64,000 nucleotides of DNA. It comes from a virus. Below, in pieces: positions 55,671 through 62,916 of the stretch (position 1 is the stretch's first letter; every line of letters begins with the position of its first letter). Made by a program: the position numbers and the translations under genes. The stretch is from IMG/VR virus record IMGVR_UViG_3300021962_000068, positions 16,738 to 80,737 of that record; one strand, 5' to 3'. The notes under the pieces are model-generated. The model was not told the origin of the DNA. It made no database searches and saw nothing but the letters and a program-made list of their open reading frames with translations.

Positions 55671-58600
55671 TTATATTTGTGTAGTTACAGCAATAACATC
55701 CCAGGTAACGTTGGCAGCATTATAAATTGCACCAACATATGTTCTTTTACCGGTAGTTGTTACTGCAGGTAAAGAAACTCCAATGGGGGTAAAAATAGCA
55801 TTCCAAGTTATAGCTCGTGATGTATTATTATCTAAGATTCGGAAAAGTAATCTATTTCCGTCTGCAGGCGTTCCGATAGGTGCGTTAATTGTTAGTGCAG
55901 CTGCTTGAGCTGTTAAACAATATTGATCATAGGAAGAAATATCAGGGGTAATAGAAGCTACAGAAGTTGTGGTAAAAACACGAGGATTGATACGAGTTTC
56001 TGTAATTCCACCTGTTGCCACTAGTGAGCCGCTAATATCTACTTTATTAGCCGTTGGGATAGTTGTATCACTTTCTCCATAACCGACTCTAATACCCGAT
56101 GCTACGGTAAGTAAACCGCTGGTTGATAATGCCATAGCACCTTGCGATGGTGCGTGAGCGTTATCTCCCCACCAAAATCCACGAGTATTAGTATTACTAT
56201 TCTGAAAAGTTACCGCCCAGTCATTGAGACCACCATACGTTACTCCGCTCTGAAAGCCCATACCATAAGTAACCTGATCACTATATACAGAATACTTAAC
56301 ACGCTGAGAAGAGGTATCAGTTTTTATATTTCCACCACCAACAGTTATATCACCTGTAGTAGTTAAGTCTACAAATGTTGGAGAGCTAGATGTTAAAACT
56401 GCTTGGTTTAGATAACTATCAAACTGATTGCCGTCCCATAAATCAGCATCTAGTCCGGTACCTGCACCATCATTACCAGTATGCCATATATTACCGTTTG
56501 TACCCCCTAGTGTATATGTTCCAATTAATGTAGCTCCACTATCTGTGCTAATTCCAAAATACATCATAGGTTTTGGATTACTTGATGTAGATACAGAAGT
56601 CATGTAGTTTCCAGCACTACCAGCATGAAACGTCATGTACTGTGATGCGTCTCTACCAAATTTGATTCGGGGGTTTGTAGTAGGTAGATTACTATTAAGT
56701 GACGCTACAAGAACACCATTATTAGTTATTGTACCAGTAAAACTACCATCAACATCACTTCTTAAAAAGCTAGAAGAATCAATACCATCTAGTAAGTCAG
56801 CATCTAATCCCGAACCAGTACCATCATTACCAGCGTGCCAGATTACATTACCACCACCTGTTAAGTCTGCTGAGGTCGACCAATAAGGGTTTCCAGTAGT
56901 ACCAACACCAAACCATCTTTCATGAACGCCTTCTACATTAAAAGACATTCCAACCTGATTTGAAGTTGCTCCTGTTCTACTAATTCTTAGTTGTGAAGCA
57001 TCATTTAGGTTTCTAATTTCTAAATCACCGGTTATTATATCACCAGCTTTATTGACGGGGGTATAGCCTAGTCTAGAAACAATATCTGTATAATAACTTC
57101 CATGTTCTCCATCTAGTAAATCAGCGTCTAATCCCGAACCAGTACCATCATTACCAGCGTGCCAAAGAGTATTACCTTCATAAGTAGGGCTACCAGTATT
57201 TGGTATAACAAGTTTGTCAGTTAAGGTACCCGAATTAGATGTTCTAAATATCAAACGCCCATTTCCAAGGGTGTGTGAAGCACTAGGGTCTTGAGCAGAA
57301 ATTTCAGCAAGTGTATAAGGACTACTTGTTTCATTTCTAAATTGCACCATTGAAATATTTGAGCTACTACTAGCTGTCCTTGCACCACCAATTTTAACTA
57401 ATGCATCTGCACCTGAACCGGTCGTGCTCAGTACTCCAAGCGTAGGGCTACCAGGTTTAGATATTGTTAAATCACCGGTCATTGTATCACCGGATTTGGA
57501 AACTTTAGTAGCTATACTATTAGTAACTGTTGTAGCAAAGTTAGCGTCATCACCTAATGCTGCTGCTAGTTCGTTTAGTGTGTCTAGTGTACTAGGTGCT
57601 GTATCTACTAAGTTAGCAACAGCTGTTTGTACAAACGCTGTTGTAGCTACTGCTGAGCCACTGATATATAATGAGCTGGCATTTAAACTACCATTAACGT
57701 CTAGTGTATAAGCAGGTGAAGCAGTTCCAATACCAACATTTCCTGATCCATCAATAGTCAATCGCACTGTATCATTTGTAGCAACATGATACGGTATATT
57801 AGTGCGGGTGCCCATAACAAATCTTGAAGCAGGAAACGATGACTTTGTGAAAAATGCCGCAGTGTTTGCTTGCGGTAAACCAAAAATAGTTCCGGTATGA
57901 TTTGATCCATACATGCCAAACGATACGTGGCCAGCATCTGCTCTAACTTCAAGTTCAGCACCAACGCCATTTCCTGTAATCGTAGAAGTATTTTGTACAA
58001 CTGCTCTAATATATGTATTAGTATTATCTGTGCTTAAAACGTGTAGCTTTTCAGTGGGCGAGCTAGTACCAATACCTACGTTACCAGCGGAGTCAATGCG
58101 AAGGCGCTCACTACCATTAACAGAAAACGCCATGTAATCGGAAGTGTGATCATAAGTGATTTGCCCCGAACTTGCCGCCGTATCACTAAACAGAATCTTT
58201 TGATTTGATGTAGTCACACCAAGAAACTGCATTCCCATATTTGTTTCGGTACTTTCTATTACAAATTCACCATGGGTTGTAGATGGGCTTGCTCCAGTTG
58301 CTGGCGAATTCCTGACCCGTAAAACTGTTCCTGCAATTTTGTATAAATCTAAAAGGTAATTAGGTATTAAACCAATACCAACATTACCACCACTATCAAT
58401 CCGCATCCGCTCAGTCGGACTTGATGCACCGTCTGGAGTTGTTGAGAACACCAAGCGGCCCGGCATGTCGTTGGTTCCTGGAGTGCCGTCTACTGCTGCG
58501 TAGATCAGAGCGGCATCGACAAAAGACGTACCGTCATGTCCTTGGAAATCAAGTCTGCCTAAATAATCACCTGAGACAACCGAAGTCGGTGCAGCTTCTG

Positions 58601-59030
58601 TTCCACGGGTGCGTTTCAGAGCAAGGCTTGAGGTATATCGTGCCGTTGTTGAGTTTGCGCCAAGTGCGGCAAAAGATGCTACCGTACTACCAGAAGCTGA
58701 GATTTTTGCGACCACGCCGCCGTTATCGTTGGCGGTGCTTAGGGCCGTTGTAGAACCGGCAATTACCGCTCCACTCGCATCAATCACAAACGGCGTAGCA
58801 TCAGGATTCGCTGAATCCTCGACTACTAGTGCATTGCCAGTACCAGTCTGAGTTATGCGTAAGGCATCACTAGACGAGTTTAGGCTGACTACAAATGGAT
58901 CTGTAATCGCTTGTGGAGAGGTAATAATAGGCGAAACTAAAGTTTTATTTGTTAGAGTTTCTGTGCCGGCTAAAGTTGCGGCAAGTGGTGCCTTGTCGGC
59001 AGCGTCTCTGGATTTAGTCATATTATGCAT
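55671..59030 (-). CDS. Tail fibre-like protein (start 59030 or 59021)
   Basis: GNVGIGT repeats, ERLRIDS, TLDTLNELAAALGDD, three WHxGNDG.G.GLDADLxDG units. Confidence 0.8.
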   Translation of the reverse strand: MHNMTKSRDAADKAPLAATLAGTETLTNKTLVSPIITSPQAITDPFVVSLNSSSDALRITQTGTGNALVVEDSANPDATPFVIDASGAVIAGSTTALSTANDNGGVVAKISASGSTVASFAALGANSTTARYTSSLALKRTRGTEAAPTSVVSGDYLGRLDFQGHDGTSFVDAALIYAAVDGTPGTNDMPGRLVFSTTPDGASSPTERMRIDSGGNVGIGLIPNYLLDLYKIAGTVLRVRNSPATGASPSTTHGEFVIESTETNMGMQFLGVTTSNQKILFSDTAASSGQITYDHTSDYMAFSVNGSERLRIDSAGNVGIGTSSPTEKLHVLSTDNTNTYIRAVVQNTSTITGNGVGAELEVRADAGHVSFGMYGSNHTGTIFGLPQANTAAFFTKSSFPASRFVMGTRTNIPYHVATNDTVRLTIDGSGNVGIGTASPAYTLDVNGSLNASSLYISGSAVATTAFVQTAVANLVDTAPSTLDTLNELAAALGDDANFATTVTNSIATKVSKSGDTMTGDLTISKPGSPTLGVLSTTGSGADALVKIGGARTASSSSNISMVQFRNETSSPYTLAEISAQDPSASHTLGNGRLIFRTSNSGTLTDKLVIPNTGSPTYEGNTLWHAGNDGTGSGLDADLLDGEHGSYYTDIVSRLGYTPVNKAGDIITGDLEIRNLNDASQLRISRTGATSNQVGMSFNVEGVHERWFGVGTTGNPYWSTSADLTGGGNVIWHAGNDGTGSGLDADLLDGIDSSSFLRSDVDGSFTGTITNNGVLVASLNSNLPTTNPRIKFGRDASQYMTFHAGSAGNYMTSVSTSSNPKPMMYFGISTDSGATLIGTYTLGGTNGNIWHTGNDGAGTGLDADLWDGNQFDSYLNQAVLTSSSPTFVDLTTTGDITVGGGNIKTDTSSQRVKYSVYSDQVTYGMGFQSGVTYGGLNDWAVTFQNSNTNTRGFWWGDNAHAPSQGAMALSTSGLLTVASGIRVGYGESDTTIPTANKVDISGSLVATGGITETRINPRVFTTTSVASITPDISSYDQYCLTAQAAALTINAPIGTPADGNRLLFRILDNNTSRAITWNAIFTPIGVSLPAVTTTGKRTYVGAIYNAANVTWDVIAVTTQI

Positions 59031-59053
59031 CCATTTTAAAAATGTTTAGTAGT

Positions 59054-59082
59054 ATGATAACACAAGTGACTAAATTTGTAAA
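59054..59082 (-). promoter_or_regulatory. Late promoter TTTACA-N17-TATCAT
   Basis: Spacer closely resembles that of the 41175-41203 promoter; upstream of the first late gene. Confidence 0.65.
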
Positions 59083-59188
59083 GAGTCAAAATTTTTTAGG
59101 TGATAAACGGTGCTTGGCATACAAAATGGTTCTGAAAAAATGCCCAAAGTTGCGCGTGTGGGTGGGCCCCCAGGCGTGTCAATTTTCT

Positions 59189-59241
59189 ATTGTCTCATAA
59201 CCGCCCTGTCCGTGTCAAGGGCCTAGTTCCACTGTGCGGAA
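59189..59241. repeat. Pre-early intergenic cassette, copy 1 (degenerate)
   Basis: CCGTGTCAAG giving minus-strand TTGACA-N18-GACAAT, then TTCC-N7-GGAA at 59227-59241. Confidence 0.7.
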
Positions 59242-59286
59242 ATAGGTATTAACTATACCAAACCGATAACCGATGAAAAAATACAA

Positions 59287-59315
59287 TTGGCAAAGCAATC
59301 TGAATCATGTATAAT
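59287..59315 (+). promoter_or_regulatory. Promoter TTGGCA-N17-TATAAT
   Basis: Near-consensus, upstream of first A2-like gene. Confidence 0.75.
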
Positions 59316-59357
59316 ATCTTTATTGTTCAACGATGCAAACACATAGGAGATCGCATC

Positions 59358-59678
59358 ATGGCCGATAAAGCTGTCAACTACACTTTCGAGCAAACCCAAC
59401 AAGTTATCACCAGCTATAAAGCAGGCGTTCCGGTTGCTGAGATTGCTGCTGCAATGGGCAAGACTGCCCGCTCGATTATTGCAAAACTCTCGCGTGAGGG
59501 AGTTTACCAGAAAAAAGAATACGTCAGCAAGACTGGCGAGCGTCCGGTTAAAAAAGACGTTCAAGCTGATGAGCTTGCTGCACTGTTCGATTTGACGGAA
59601 GCGGAAGCTGATTCGCTCACTAAGGCGAACAAAACTGCGCTTGCGAAAATCCTTGCAAAATCTCGTGCACTAGCGTAA
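59358..59678 (+). CDS. T5 A2-like DNA-binding pre-early protein, paralog 1
   Basis: AGGAG RBS before ATG 59358; NYTFEQT..EIAAAMGKTARSIIAKLSREGVYQK HTH-like segment resembling T5 A2. Confidence 0.7.
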   Translation: MADKAVNYTFEQTQQVITSYKAGVPVAEIAAAMGKTARSIIAKLSREGVYQKKEYVSKTGERPVKKDVQADELAALFDLTEAEADSLTKANKTALAKILAKSRALA

Positions 59679-59689
59679 CATTATGTTTC

Positions 59690-59703
59690 GGGGCTTCGGC
59701 CCC
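59690..59703 (+). other. GGGGC-TTCG-GCCCC tetraloop hairpin without U tract
   Basis: C(UUCG)G loop between two genes; likely RNA stabilising or processing element. Confidence 0.55.
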
Positions 59704-59722
59704 ACTTACTGGAGAAGATACT

Positions 59723-60019
59723 ATGACTGATGCAATGATCCGTGACCTGCAAACTGAACTATGGGATTTTTACAAAGATGTTCACGGCATTCGTCCTCGC
59801 CATTGGACAACTGCCGAATGGGCATCGCTGGATTTCCTGATAGAACAGCGCGCTGTACTGTGCAACATTGTAAACAACATGAGCCCGGAACAAAGGGTTG
59901 AGGAAGGCTGGTATGATAACTACGACGACAGCATGGACGGCGACCATGACTCTGCTCTGGCATCTGCTGGATGGGGCACAGATGAGGATTATGGGCATTT
60001 TGATGACGTAGACTTCTAA
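59723..60019 (+). CDS. Hypothetical protein with acidic C-terminus
   Basis: GGAG RBS; WDFYKDVHGIRPR and MDGDHDSALASAGWGTDEDYG motifs. Confidence 0.75.
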   Translation: MTDAMIRDLQTELWDFYKDVHGIRPRHWTTAEWASLDFLIEQRAVLCNIVNNMSPEQRVEEGWYDNYDDSMDGDHDSALASAGWGTDEDYGHFDDVDF

Positions 60020-60028
60020 GGTTGTCAA

Positions 60029-60176
60029 GCCCTGTTGCTTTTTTGCAACAGGGCGGCGCCAATTATACCATGTATAATTTGGCCGTGTCAAGGGGGTCTT
60101 TCCATCTACTGGAACGTGTTGTTTTTTCGTCTAAGCCTTTTGGCCTATTGACATTCTGTTAGAACAGGCTCATACT
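60029..60176. repeat. Pre-early intergenic cassette, copy 2
   Basis: Hairpin 60029-60054; palindrome ~60058-60083; minus TTGACA(60086-91)-N18-TATAAT(60062-67); TTCC-N7-GGAA 60100-60114; plus TTGACA-N17-CATACT 60148-60176. Confidence 0.85.
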
Positions 60177-60248
60177 ACACACATAGGTTGAGAACTGGAG
60201 CAGATGTCCTGCTAGATTGAACTGAAGATCGACCACCAACCAAACACT

Positions 60249-60659
60249 ATGACAAGCAAATTCAAAAACGTATCAGATGCTAGATTTGCAAAGGCGCTCG
60301 CGTTCTACTTGCAAATCCTGAATCTTGGCAATCGCGTATCGATTGAAATTCTGCCGAAAAACTTACGGCGCGGTCCGGTTGAATCACGCGCTTGGGGCTG
60401 GTGTACTCAGGAAGATCCGCTAACGTATACTGTCGAGATCGATCGCGCACTCGCTCCGCGTAACGTCCTCAAGGTTTTAGCACATGAGCTGGTTCATGTC
60501 AAGCAATACTTTACAGGACGTATGCAAGAGCACGAAGATTCTGTTTATTGGCTAGGCGAGATTTGCGAGCTAGACTATGATGAACAGCCTTGGGAAATCG
60601 AAGCGGCTGCAATGGAATCGGTTATGTATGAAGCATTTTTAGCATGGGAAACAAAATGA
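60249..60659 (+). CDS. Putative zinc metallopeptidase (HEXXH)
   Basis: LAHELVHVKQ and downstream PWEIEA. Confidence 0.75.
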   Translation: MTSKFKNVSDARFAKALAFYLQILNLGNRVSIEILPKNLRRGPVESRAWGWCTQEDPLTYTVEIDRALAPRNVLKVLAHELVHVKQYFTGRMQEHEDSVYWLGEICELDYDEQPWEIEAAAMESVMYEAFLAWETK

Positions 60660-60668
60660 AAATAGATG

Positions 60669-60696
60669 TTGACAAGATCGTTGGTTATGGTATGAT
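60669..60696 (+). promoter_or_regulatory. Promoter TTGACA-N16-TATGAT
   Basis: Consensus -35 and TG-extended -10; spacer one base short. Confidence 0.55.
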
Positions 60697-60741
60697 GTTG
60701 TGTATCGGATGTTTGATTGCACTACTCTATACAGGCACAAT

Positions 60742-60954
60742 ATGAAAACACTATCTTGGCTCGGAACTGTTGCAAGCGTGATTGGTTCGTTTGTTGTCGC
60801 GCTGGGCGCGATGCTGGCAGGGTATAGCTTGTTTATCATCGGTTCCGTGTCCTGGCTGATTGTCGCCACAAAACGCAGGGATTTGTCCCTTGCCGTTCTG
60901 AACGGATTTTTCTTTGCTGCTAACATTATCGGACTGTCAAGGGCAATATTATGA
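60742..60954 (+). CDS. Small multi-pass membrane protein
   Basis: 70 aa from ATG 60742; about three hydrophobic helices. Confidence 0.7.
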   Translation: MKTLSWLGTVASVIGSFVVALGAMLAGYSLFIIGSVSWLIVATKRRDLSLAVLNGFFFAANIIGLSRAIL

Positions 60955-61043
60955 AAGACTATGAATTTGATATGACACTAAACAATTATTGTTTTAGACT
61001 TGGGTTTTTCGTTATAACTTACTTTTTTGTGGCGGCAATATGA
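60951..61043 (+). CDS. Small hydrophobic peptide (30 aa)
   Basis: ATGA overlaps with both neighbours; MKDYEFDMTLNNYCFRLGFFVITYFFVAAI. Confidence 0.45.
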   Translation: MKDYEFDMTLNNYCFRLGFFVITYFFVAAI

Positions 61044-61201
61044 AATACTATATTATTAATATGCTAACATATTCGGCATGGTGGGCCAGCGCAGGCGAAG
61101 CGCGATTATATGCGGCATTTGCCTTACGTCACGAAATGCCATATTTGGTTACTACTGGCCCGGACTCGGCTATGATGATTTCACCTGATGAAATTGCGTA
61201 A
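61040..61201 (+). CDS. Small hypothetical protein (53 aa)
   Basis: ATGA-coupled; ends just before the cassette hairpin. Confidence 0.5.
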   Translation: MKYYIINMLTYSAWWASAGEARLYAAFALRHEMPYLVTTGPDSAMMISPDEIA

Positions 61202-61207
61202 TTAAAA

Positions 61208-61365
61208 GACCGTTGTTTTTTCGCAACGGTCGCGGCGCCAATTTTATCATTAAAATTGCGGCCGTGTCAAGAAAAAAATTGTAACAATTTGTAACTGTTG
61301 TTTTTTCGCACAGTTCCACTAGGCGGAATTTAGGGGTTGACAGTAGCGCACAATTAGATCATACT
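61208..61365. repeat. Pre-early intergenic cassette, copy 3
   Basis: Hairpin 61208-61231; CAATTTTA-N4-TAAAATTG; minus TTGACA(61265-70)-N18-TAAAAT(61241-46); TTCC-N7-GGAA 61314-61328; plus TTGACA-N17-CATACT 61337-61365. Confidence 0.85.
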
Positions 61366-61371
61366 AACAAC

Positions 61372-61488
61372 ATGAAATTCACAGCAAAACAACACCGAAA
61401 ATTTCAAGCCTGGGCTCGGGCTAGGGGCTTGACATTCGCAACCATTGCAGAATATAATTCTGCTATAGCAACATTTTTTGAGGTTTGA
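61372..61488 (+). CDS. Candidate leaderless small protein (38 aa)
   Basis: ATG 7 nt after the -10 box; MKFTAKQHRKFQAWARARGLTFATIAEYNSAIATFFEV. Confidence 0.45.
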   Translation: MKFTAKQHRKFQAWARARGLTFATIAEYNSAIATFFEV

Positions 61489-61491
61489 GCA

Positions 61492-61965
61492 ATGCAAATT
61501 AAGCGTGTTTCGATTTATGACATGGACGGCACGATTGTCGATAGCTTGCACAGGTATCGCACAATCGTTGACGATAATGGCGAACGAATCGACCTAGAAT
61601 ATTGGCGCGAGAATGAATATCGCGCAATGCAAGATAGCTTGCTGCCAATGGCAGAACAATATAAACGCGATATTCAAGATTCAGAATGTTATGTTATTAT
61701 TGCAACTGCTAGGGTTATGAATGAGCCCGATTGGGAATTTGTCGAGCGTAATTTAGGATTGCCTGATTACTTTATATCCCGTCCAAAAGATTCTAATATC
61801 TCAGGCAAAACTCTCAAGATTAATGGTTTGGCAAAATTCTTTAACTTGGTTAATTTCAAGGATGCCGAATTTACATTCTATGAGGATAATATCCAATATC
61901 TCAAAGCGGTTTGCGATAGGTTTAATATTCGAGGCGTATATGTTCCAAGCAAGCAAGGCCATTAA
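61492..61965 (+). CDS. HAD-superfamily phosphatase
   Basis: DMDGT motif I, ATAR motif II, K, YEDN motif IV; GAGG RBS. Confidence 0.85.
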   Translation: MQIKRVSIYDMDGTIVDSLHRYRTIVDDNGERIDLEYWRENEYRAMQDSLLPMAEQYKRDIQDSECYVIIATARVMNEPDWEFVERNLGLPDYFISRPKDSNISGKTLKINGLAKFFNLVNFKDAEFTFYEDNIQYLKAVCDRFNIRGVYVPSKQGH

Positions 61966-62058
61966 AACTGGCAGGGTTATTATCTTGTGTCTTTATTTAT
62001 TATCTAATAAAAAGCTAGAAGATAATATCGAACCTTATTCGAAATGGGAGCGTGATAT

Positions 62059-62313
62059 ATGGGTCACAGCATAATTGGTTATATTGGTGGATTTTTATTG
62101 GCCGTTTGCGGATTACCGCAAGCAATAGAATGTGCGCGTACTGGTCACGCAAACGGCTTAAATTGGATGTTTTTGCTGGCTTGGTTTTTTGGCGAGGTTT
62201 TTATGTTCGCTTATGTTATCCAATCCGGTGATATTCCACTAATAATGAATATCACTTTTAACTTGATACTGGTTATTATTATCTTGCGATATAAAATGCA
62301 TCCACGCGAATAA
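62059..62313 (+). CDS. PQ-loop / SemiSWEET-like membrane protein
   Basis: IGYIGGFLLAVCGLPQA..G..GL..FL, about three TM helices; GGAG RBS. Confidence 0.75.
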   Translation: MGHSIIGYIGGFLLAVCGLPQAIECARTGHANGLNWMFLLAWFFGEVFMFAYVIQSGDIPLIMNITFNLILVIIILRYKMHPRE

Positions 62314-62321
62314 TATAAATT

Positions 62322-62490
62322 GAATATGCCTATTTTTTAGGCATATTCGCGCCAATTTTACTATAGTAAAATTGGCCGTGTCAAGCGCGGCCGCGCGAAC
62401 TGTTCCACCTGTTGGAAATTGTTGTTTGTTAGCCACAATTCCACTAGGCGGAATTTAGGGGTTGACCGCAGCGATATTATGGGCGATAAT
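62322..62490. repeat. Pre-early intergenic cassette, copy 4
   Basis: Hairpin 62322-62348; perfect 26-bp palindrome 62351-62376; minus TTGACA(62379-84)-N18-TAAAAT(62355-60); TTCC-N7-GGAA at 62403 and 62439; plus TTGACC-N17-GATAAT 62462-62490. Confidence 0.88.
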
Positions 62491-62521
62491 ATATCTTTAA
62501 ACGCAACTAAGGAATTGCAAA

Positions 62522-62848
62522 ATGGCTACGAAAACCATTAATTATACTCCGGAACAAACTCTGAAAATCGTTACCGATTATCAATCGGGTATTTCCGTCG
62601 AAACCCTTGCCGAAACTTTTGGCAAAACTACTCGCTCGATTATTGCTAAATTGTCGCGCGAAGGCGTATATCAGAAAAAAGAATATGTTTCAAAAACTGG
62701 CGATAAGCCTGTTAAAAAAGATACTGTAGCTGATGCAATTGGCGCAATTTTGCGACTAACAGAATCAGAAACAGAATCGCTTACAAAAGCTAATAAAACG
62801 GCATTAAATAAAATCTTTAATGCCCTGGCTAATTCTAAGCCGTTGTAA
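62522..62848 (+). CDS. T5 A2-like DNA-binding pre-early protein, paralog 2
   Basis: Shares RSIIAKLSREGVYQKKEYVSKTG and SLTKANKTAL with 59358-59678; AAGGA RBS. Confidence 0.7.
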   Translation: MATKTINYTPEQTLKIVTDYQSGISVETLAETFGKTTRSIIAKLSREGVYQKKEYVSKTGDKPVKKDTVADAIGAILRLTESETESLTKANKTALNKIFNALANSKPL

Positions 62849-62864
62849 ATAAACAACATGGGTA

Positions 62865-62893
62865 TTGACAAAAAATCAATACCCATTTATACT
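62865..62893 (+). promoter_or_regulatory. Promoter TTGACA-N17-TATACT inside an 11-bp inverted repeat
   Basis: ATGGGTATTGA-N7-TCAATACCCAT at 62858-62886 overlaps the -35 and spacer. Confidence 0.7.
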
Positions 62894-62916
62894 TTGTTTT
62901 TTACTTGGATACTTTA

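Noticed and set aside
1698-58851. Many short ORFs antisense or out of frame to major genes (e.g. 1698-2009, 2746-3156, 34473-34916, 39893-40363)
   Set aside because: Shadow ORFs of well-supported genes, with no RBS or recognisable motifs
15131-59030. Diversity-generating retroelement acting on fibre genes
   Set aside because: No reverse transcriptase in the window; the repeat pair checked base by base (56785/57109) differs at synonymous C/T sites, not adenine-specific positions, and all copies are coding
3210-60215. Genome-wide TAG stop codon reassignment
   Set aside because: TAG ends several full-length conserved genes (D12, lysozyme, terL, chaperone extension) and long genes are not interrupted by TAG
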